The translations under genes and the position numbers were made by a program. Shown here piece after piece: positions 58,601 through 64,000 of a stretch of 64,000 nucleotides of DNA. The stretch lies in contig CAZXWN010000001.1 in assembly GCA_964644695.1 (NCBI GenBank), positions 244,869 to 308,868 on the forward strand. The letters are read 5' to 3'. Origin of the DNA: an uncultured bacterium (GTDB lineage: Bacteria; UBP4; UBA4092). A model generated the notes under the pieces. That model searched no databases. It was not told the DNA's origin and saw nothing but the letters and a program-made list of their open reading frames with translations. Position 1 is the stretch's first letter, and every line of letters begins with the position of its first letter.

Positions 58601-61600
58601 GAACTGAAATTTTTCTATATGCTTCGTAGTTATTGGTTTCTTTATAGATAACTCTGCATCTTTGTAATAATGAAATGTTATCAGGTAATAAATCTCGGCT
58701 CTTTTGATAGCAGTCTATCGCTTTAGAGGCATCTTTAATTGTGTCTCTATAAATATCTCCGCAACGGCGCATCCATACAGCCTTACGATGTGGAAGAGTT
58801 TCCAATTCGCAGGCTTTCTCATATGCTTTAATCTCAATTGGATTAATACATATAATTCGGTAACAGTAATTTATAGCCTTGCGAGCAATGTCTGTATGCT
58901 GGATTAGTTTGTAATAAGTAGCTATTTCTGACTTGATGTTTTTAGTCTGATGATAGAGTCCTGTCAGGGAAAGCAATAAATCACAATCATTTTCGATGAT
59001 AGCGATACATGATTCACCAAAAGCTATCTTCTTATTTATATCTCCAGGGTTATTGGTATTCTTAAATAAGTATCTAAATTCATTCGCTGCAGATTCTTTG
59101 TCGCCGGATTCCAGATACCACTGACTTGAATACTCATGACAGGTATAATTATCAGGTTCAATTTGAAGTGCTTCTTTTACCTGATAAAGTGCCTTTTCAA
59201 TATTTCCATTTTTATGGTAAATCAACGCTAATTTTTGCAGCTGTGGAACTAAGGATGATTTTGATTGTTCATCCCGAGTTAGGTGTTTACTTGTCTCCAG
59301 CTTTTGCTCAAGGATTTCTATGTTCTCGGGTTCATAATCCAAGGCTTCATTAATGTACTTTAGAGCTTCACTAAAGAGTCCTCGATTAAATAAGCAATTG
59401 GAAATATGAATGAGTGATTTTACTATTTCATTTGCTCCCAATTTTTGAATCTTCATTAATTCCAAAGAACGAGTAAGTAAAGAGTGATTATTGGGGAGCA
59501 GGGCAAGTGCTTTGGATATGAATGTATGGGATTTATCGTAATTTTTGGACTTGAATTCAATATCGGACAATCGGCGATATAAAACTGATTTGCGAGCACC
59601 AGATTCCATTTCTAATAGTGAAGTCAGCGCTGTCACATCCGCAGGTGAAAGGCCGATGATGCTCTTTAAAACTTTAAGTTTTTGTTCTTTATCTTGTGCC
59701 TCTGTGAGATTTTTTGCCCATTGATGCTTGATTGAAACTTCATTCCCGATATCACCCTTTTCGTGGAAAAGAAGCGATAAAACCTGATAAGTCGAAAATG
59801 ATCTTGGATTAATTCTGAAAATCAATCCACTTACTTTTATCGCTGAATCAATATCTTTTATTTCTTTGTAGTAATCAAATGCAATTAAATAATGATTTAT
59901 TGCAGACTTACTGTCCTTGATATTTTCATAATATTGACCTATATCAATATTTAGAGGGACTTGGGTCTTGTCAATTACCAGAATCTGTTTAAGCAATTCT
60001 ATTGAACGGGCATAATCCCCTTTTTTACTGGTTAAATCGTGATATGCCGATAAATCAGAAATAAATTCCTTCTGAGTCTGTTCAGTCGGATTATTTGAAT
60101 ATAGAGTATGATCGATTTGCAGAATATCTTCCCAGATGCTTTTTTGATCGGGGAAAAGATTAAGTATTGTCTGATAAACTTTTCTAGCTTCCCCAAGATG
60201 TCCTAAAGATTTGTGTGTATCGGCAAGTAGTCTTAAATACTGATGAATGTCCTTGGGGGATGCTTTTATTTTTCCTAATAAAGTTAAAAGAGATTCTATG
60301 AGGCTGATATTATTGGGGACTTGTTCAATGGCAGATTTTAGATGGCTGATGGCATCTTGGAAGTTGTTTTGAGATATCAGAGCCCTTGAACATTGACGAT
60401 GATAAACAGCTTTTCTTGCAGAAGATGATGACATATCTATCAACTGAAGAGTTGCTGCTATATGATTGGGTTCAATAGATCTTATACGGTAACAAACAGC
60501 CTTTCGTTTTTGGTCATCTTTTTCTTTTTGATAAAGATTGGAAGCTTCAAGCAAATAGTCAATTTCTGGCCCAGCTTCTTTTATGGCGTGATATGCATCC
60601 GCCATGGCATGAATGATTTGTAAACTCTCTGGTTTCCAAGTTAATAACAGTTTTCCATATTTAATGGTTTTGGAATATTCTTGAACGGCAGTGACTTGGT
60701 CGAAGATAATTTGATAGTGAATAAAAGCTTTATCAATTTCTTTTTCTTTAATGTACAGATCTGCCAGTTCTAACCTAAGATTCTGACTATCTGGAACTAG
60801 TTCACAGGATTCTTCAAAAAGGACTAGTGCTTGTTTTGTTTGTTTTTGTACTAAATAAAGCCTTGCCAATTTTGCTGTTTCTGCGGCCAGGCGGGACTTG
60901 TCTTTCTCTGTCTCACGGATAATACTCAGTCGTTCCTGATGATACGATAAGTTATTTGAATCGAGCTGTATAAGTAATTCCGACCATTTAAAGGAGTTAC
61001 TTAAATCATTTTTATGTTTATAGTTATTAAATATTGATTCTGATAATGGGATTAATAACGAGGGTTTTATTTTTAATTCTTGATAAGTATTGAATAATCG
61101 AAGTAGTAATGTGATATTATCCGGGACAAGGTTCAGGGCAGCTTTTAGATGTTTTTCTGACTGGTTCCAGTCTTTTTGGGTGCAGGCAATATCTGATAAT
61201 CTTCTGTAATATGTAGAAATTCGTGCTTTGTTGGATTCGAAAGATATTAAGAAATTTAAAGCTGCTATATTACTTGAATCAATGCTTAATACCGACTTGG
61301 CTGTCTTTCTTGCAGAGGCGAGGTCCTCATTGTTTTTATAGACACCGGCTAAATCCAGTAATGTTTGGATATACTTGGATGTATTGCCAACAGATTCGTA
61401 AAATTTTATCAATCGTTGGTAATGTTCAGGATTTGTATTATCTGCCTGGATAATACGCCAGCCAGTCTTATCTGTTAATTCGATGTTCCCTGATTGTTTG
61501 TATGAGGTAAACAGATATATTAAATGACGTATTGAATCTTCTGCCTTATTTTGATTTGAATATAGAAGGGCAAGACTTTCATGACAGCTTAAATCCTCAT

Positions 61601-64000
61601 AATTCAACTGGCATGCTTCTTCTAATAATTCAATCGTTCTCGTCGTATGTTTCTTCTGAGTGTATAGCTGTGAAAGCCCTTTAATATATTCGATTAATTG
61701 ATTCTTATTAGTTTCATTAGGATTATCGTCAAAGATATTCCTTAAAATGGATAACTTAATTTCATGGATGGATAAATCACTGGGTTGGTTTTCAAGTATT
61801 TTTTCAGTGTAGAGCAGGGCCGTTTTGAATTGTTTTAACTCAATACAGCGTTCTGATATTAATCGATAAACGCTGAGTATTTCTTTGGTTGATGCTTTCG
61901 ATAATTCCAAGGATTCAGAAAGTCTATATAGAATTGATAAACTATTAGGAAAACTTCCCAATAAACCCTTATAAATATCGAGAACTTTCCCCCAATTTCC
62001 TAATCTCTTATAAATCTCAGCTAATCTGTCTAATTGTACAGATTTTCTATGGATGTTTGTTTCAGTCTTTACCAGATATATGGCGGCATCCAGATAATCT
62101 ATATCAATTTTTAAAATATCTTTGCAAATAAGTCGTGCATTTTTTATATCAGAATCTTTATCGAGTTGCAGCACCAATTCCCAAAGAGTGTTTAATTGTT
62201 TTGCTTTTGCTTTTGTGTCTCTATACAAACAAGCCAATTGCAAATGTGATTTTATTTGACGAGGGTCAGCTTCGATGATTTTCTTTGCCCATATCTCTGC
62301 ATATTGAATATTACCTTGTTTGTTATAGACCTCATATACTTTTTGGTAATTCTCTACAGCCTTATTATTATCTCCAGTTTTTTGGTAAAGACTGCCTAAA
62401 ATTTCAAATAAATCAGAGTGAGTGGGTAATGTTTCTCGAAGTTTTTCGATGACCTCAATTGCAGCGGAATAATTCTCATTATTCTCATATAGAGAGGATA
62501 TTTTTATCCCTAATTCCTTAAGTGAAATTTCAGAAGTATCCGTAGGATTAATATCTGATAGTTTTTTTAATATCGAGTACTTATATTCTAATAACGATAA
62601 ATCATCAGGTTCTATTTGCAACAATCGATCAATTGCTTGTAATGAATACTGGTAACGGCCTTTTTGCTCATTAGCTTCTGCCAGTTCTTTGTAGACCTTT
62701 TTTAAAATAAACGGCTGGAAATTGCCTTTATCCATGGCAATCGCTAAGTTGCTTAATAGTGAAAGATTATTAGGCACTTTTTCCAAAGCAGATTGATATT
62801 CTGTCGCTGCTCTATCGTACTGCTTGTTCTTAAAGTATAAATTACCTAGTCTGCGTAAATGACATGCAATTCGAGGCTTTGACTTTTCCAGATTGATGAC
62901 TTGCCGTAGTGCGTCTATGTCTTCAGGTAATAGTTTTAATAATTGTTTGGAAATACTATATGCTTTAACTGTGTTCTTTTGGCTTAATAAGTACTCCAAA
63001 TAACGTTTTAATATATCCGCAACTTTTTCAATTTTATTTTCAGATAAGTATAATTTAGACAATTCCAAATAGATTAGTTCCTGTGAGTTGTCTAAAACTA
63101 GGATTTCAACACCAATTTTTTCAATTTCATCTTTGCTATTACTTGTTAATGCTTTATTGAATAAAACCAGGTAGTTTTTAATTGCTTCTTTTATTTGATT
63201 AGACTCAACATGAATTTTGGCTAACAACTCATGAATCTCTTTATTGTCTGGCGCCCATCGTAGAGCTTCATCTAGCAATGCTGTTGATTTAGGTGCGTCT
63301 TTTCGACTTAGATATATGTTGGCTAAACCAATTAGCTGTTTTGTGAATAGTGATTGTTCTTCTTTTGATGCTTGCTTTGAAATAAGCGGCCTGGTGATAT
63401 CAATCATATGCTGTCTGGCCTGAATATGATTTGCATCAAGGGCAATTATCTTATTTAACAATAATTGTGCTTTATCAATTTTCTGTTTTTCAAGATATAA
63501 ATCTGAACAATACTGATAAATTGGGATGATTTCTTTTGGGTGAACCTTGTTTTTCTCTAAAACAGTAATAACTCTCTCATATAAAGAAATATTGCTGGGT
63601 AGTATTTTCTGCGCTGATCTATATTGAATTAAGGCTTCTTTTTCGTTCTTGACCGCCGATATATCTCCTAATCTTCTAAGATATACAGCTTGCCGACCCG
63701 GGACATTAGTTAATGCGAGAAGTTTACCTAGAGCGATCACATGCTTGGGATCAATTTTTAAAATCTCGCGATAATGTCCAATGGCATCTGTCAGTTTTCC
63801 TTTATATTGTTCTAATTGTGCGAGATTTAACAAAGCACTGATTTCTGATTGGGGTTCATTTAGAGAACGGCTTAGTTTAACCATCTGAGCCCAGGAATCA
63901 ATATTTGTTTTATCTAAAGACAAGATTGTATTGAGAGTTTTAAAGGCATCCTTTATGGCATCTGCTTGAATTTGGAGGCTAAATAATTTTTGTAAGTGAT
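55653..64000 (-). CDS. Giant TPR-repeat protein (>2780 aa, 5' end outside the window)
   Basis: Continuous TPR-like helices; the frame stays open upstream of the TTG at 63923 to the window edge (HLQKLFSLQ...). Confidence 0.85.
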   Translation of the reverse strand, partial: HLQKLFSLQIQADAIKDAFKTLNTILSLDKTNIDSWAQMVKLSRSLNEPQSEISALLNLAQLEQYKGKLTDAIGHYREILKIDPKHVIALGKLLALTNVPGRQAVYLRRLGDISAVKNEKEALIQYRSAQKILPSNISLYERVITVLEKNKVHPKEIIPIYQYCSDLYLEKQKIDKAQLLLNKIIALDANHIQARQHMIDITRPLISKQASKEEQSLFTKQLIGLANIYLSRKDAPKSTALLDEALRWAPDNKEIHELLAKIHVESNQIKEAIKNYLVLFNKALTSNSKDEIEKIGVEILVLDNSQELIYLELSKLYLSENKIEKVADILKRYLEYLLSQKNTVKAYSISKQLLKLLPEDIDALRQVINLEKSKPRIACHLRRLGNLYFKNKQYDRAATEYQSALEKVPNNLSLLSNLAIAMDKGNFQPFILKKVYKELAEANEQKGRYQYSLQAIDRLLQIEPDDLSLLEYKYSILKKLSDINPTDTSEISLKELGIKISSLYENNENYSAAIEVIEKLRETLPTHSDLFEILGSLYQKTGDNNKAVENYQKVYEVYNKQGNIQYAEIWAKKIIEADPRQIKSHLQLACLYRDTKAKAKQLNTLWELVLQLDKDSDIKNARLICKDILKIDIDYLDAAIYLVKTETNIHRKSVQLDRLAEIYKRLGNWGKVLDIYKGLLGSFPNSLSILYRLSESLELSKASTKEILSVYRLISERCIELKQFKTALLYTEKILENQPSDLSIHEIKLSILRNIFDDNPNETNKNQLIEYIKGLSQLYTQKKHTTRTIELLEEACQLNYEDLSCHESLALLYSNQNKAEDSIRHLIYLFTSYKQSGNIELTDKTGWRIIQADNTNPEHYQRLIKFYESVGNTSKYIQTLLDLAGVYKNNEDLASARKTAKSVLSIDSSNIAALNFLISFESNKARISTYYRRLSDIACTQKDWNQSEKHLKAALNLVPDNITLLLRLFNTYQELKIKPSLLIPLSESIFNNYKHKNDLSNSFKWSELLIQLDSNNLSYHQERLSIIRETEKDKSRLAAETAKLARLYLVQKQTKQALVLFEESCELVPDSQNLRLELADLYIKEKEIDKAFIHYQIIFDQVTAVQEYSKTIKYGKLLLTWKPESLQIIHAMADAYHAIKEAGPEIDYLLEASNLYQKEKDDQKRKAVCYRIRSIEPNHIAATLQLIDMSSSSARKAVYHRQCSRALISQNNFQDAISHLKSAIEQVPNNISLIESLLTLLGKIKASPKDIHQYLRLLADTHKSLGHLGEARKVYQTILNLFPDQKSIWEDILQIDHTLYSNNPTEQTQKEFISDLSAYHDLTSKKGDYARSIELLKQILVIDKTQVPLNIDIGQYYENIKDSKSAINHYLIAFDYYKEIKDIDSAIKVSGLIFRINPRSFSTYQVLSLLFHEKGDIGNEVSIKHQWAKNLTEAQDKEQKLKVLKSIIGLSPADVTALTSLLEMESGARKSVLYRRLSDIEFKSKNYDKSHTFISKALALLPNNHSLLTRSLELMKIQKLGANEIVKSLIHISNCLFNRGLFSEALKYINEALDYEPENIEILEQKLETSKHLTRDEQSKSSLVPQLQKLALIYHKNGNIEKALYQVKEALQIEPDNYTCHEYSSQWYLESGDKESAANEFRYLFKNTNNPGDINKKIAFGESCIAIIENDCDLLLSLTGLYHQTKNIKSEIATYYKLIQHTDIARKAINYCYRIICINPIEIKAYEKACELETLPHRKAVWMRRCGDIYRDTIKDASKAIDCYQKSRDLLPDNISLLQRCRVIYKETNNYEAYRKISVHLANVHQKTESWVNASSIYQSILELNADDYEILTLKVSADRRLLSQGMIKSQDITTDIERLVSNSVNNNDYDNALSYLEELCRYNPTNEHYLLEIADVLISANQSEKAPDYLWKAIRLIRDIQLSRSIKPILEKIVSLNQNDVLALEQLVFEYKQDGDKDSTIKTLLSLSALYGKSGQVKDADDALQQVLEIEPLNANAAVTLSKSYLQQNRIEDSINTLTTLADALLANRDLSHYLKILASILEISPNHIPTYQRIAHLYLNHNKPNDALKAFEKIIILHKEMGQYDDALTVTYEVVENYPDEIRFRLEAGRLLEQLNRKDEALKEFQTAGDYYLGNKSYQEAIPVLEYIIHSDRTAIDPRIKLATAFLETNKMDKAEPLLINIATLYEELEKWSDAVTYWKKAYEINPNNISILESLICAFFQEGPSEQDISYYLKLANTYLSNNEHSKARNILEEAIGIVPLNKDVQRLLLDVYYHQKDFAQAIKIALYVAKIYSDNNQYKEAEKILLEVLNKIPDSIEMHQALANLYIQTERPADVIREYREVARLYVSQNNFEKAIENLDMAIKINPNDMEIRHHLAKTYLDSGNKEKALTEYINIAEYYKRTSNADEALANYSRAADIDPENVDLRLMILEYARKYRPEEDLLDDYLLVAGLYFKQNDISRGWNICKDIFRIGPVDVSHHKLLLKYMVKCPPSLELARFYHRLCDFFSRSGDTQEALLAGEKGVQLDGSNLKTFEHLASGYLANGQKDKSLETYKKLVDIYKMKGDLENTLVTLKKILEVTPNDILMHQAYIDTFLEQGMEAELIDEYIALGDAYLYYNDFTNALSQYDKVFKIDPTNETAFSRMNKVQEAEIAKNNLSQIKTQIQKPEEKPQATTSAPVDNSVTSTLNDETSNTRTDSFYRTLSINPYHFAIRRRLIDLLMVRDMKKEALEQYIILIEKHLDKQQNDKALEAVMEALSYFPDSSNLQNLKDKLSS

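Noticed and set aside
248-61453. Numerous 60-140 aa ORFs nested in or antisense to long genes (e.g. 7347..7754, 18799..19215, 44594..44965, 52248..52592)
   Set aside because: Shadow ORFs of well-supported genes, with no recognisable motifs.
63921-63923. TTG start of the giant TPR gene
   Set aside because: The frame is open to the window edge, so the real start is probably outside the window.

Overview
AT-rich, gene-dense bacterial chromosome segment, probably from a diderm (LolA, prepilin-type and secreted proteins). I saw no rRNA, tRNA, CRISPR array or transposase. Recognisable blocks in order: hpnCDE squalene synthesis; lolA-rimO-pgsA-pgpA; a coupled FHA-GAF-PAS histidine kinase and TPR Ser/Thr kinase; a bshB1-like deacetylase; a cobalamin-riboswitch operon; an aldo/keto reductase plus a degenerate xylose-isomerase-like protein; a TIGR00300 LOR/SDH protein; a five-gene sugar operon; hisH; a suf operon lacking sufS; lipA plus a lysine-less lipoyl domain; hom-thrC-apgM; polyprenyl synthase; system II cytochrome c biogenesis; yggS-proC; mutM; pdaD; and a TPR giant (>2780 aa) running off the edge. 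Best candidates for undescribed biology: (1) the 23.4-34.5 kb operon built around a 2071-aa fusion of an NDP-sugar dehydrogenase core and an ATP-grasp ligase, with a second ATP-grasp, an altered GHMP kinase, an epimerase and a dehydrogenase; (2) the B12-riboswitch operon, which couples BtuFCD to two secreted proteins sharing a C-terminal motif and a pseudopilin, with no btuB in the window; (3) a 28-bp palindrome found four times in intergenic DNA. All calls come from reading motifs by eye; no database searches were run.
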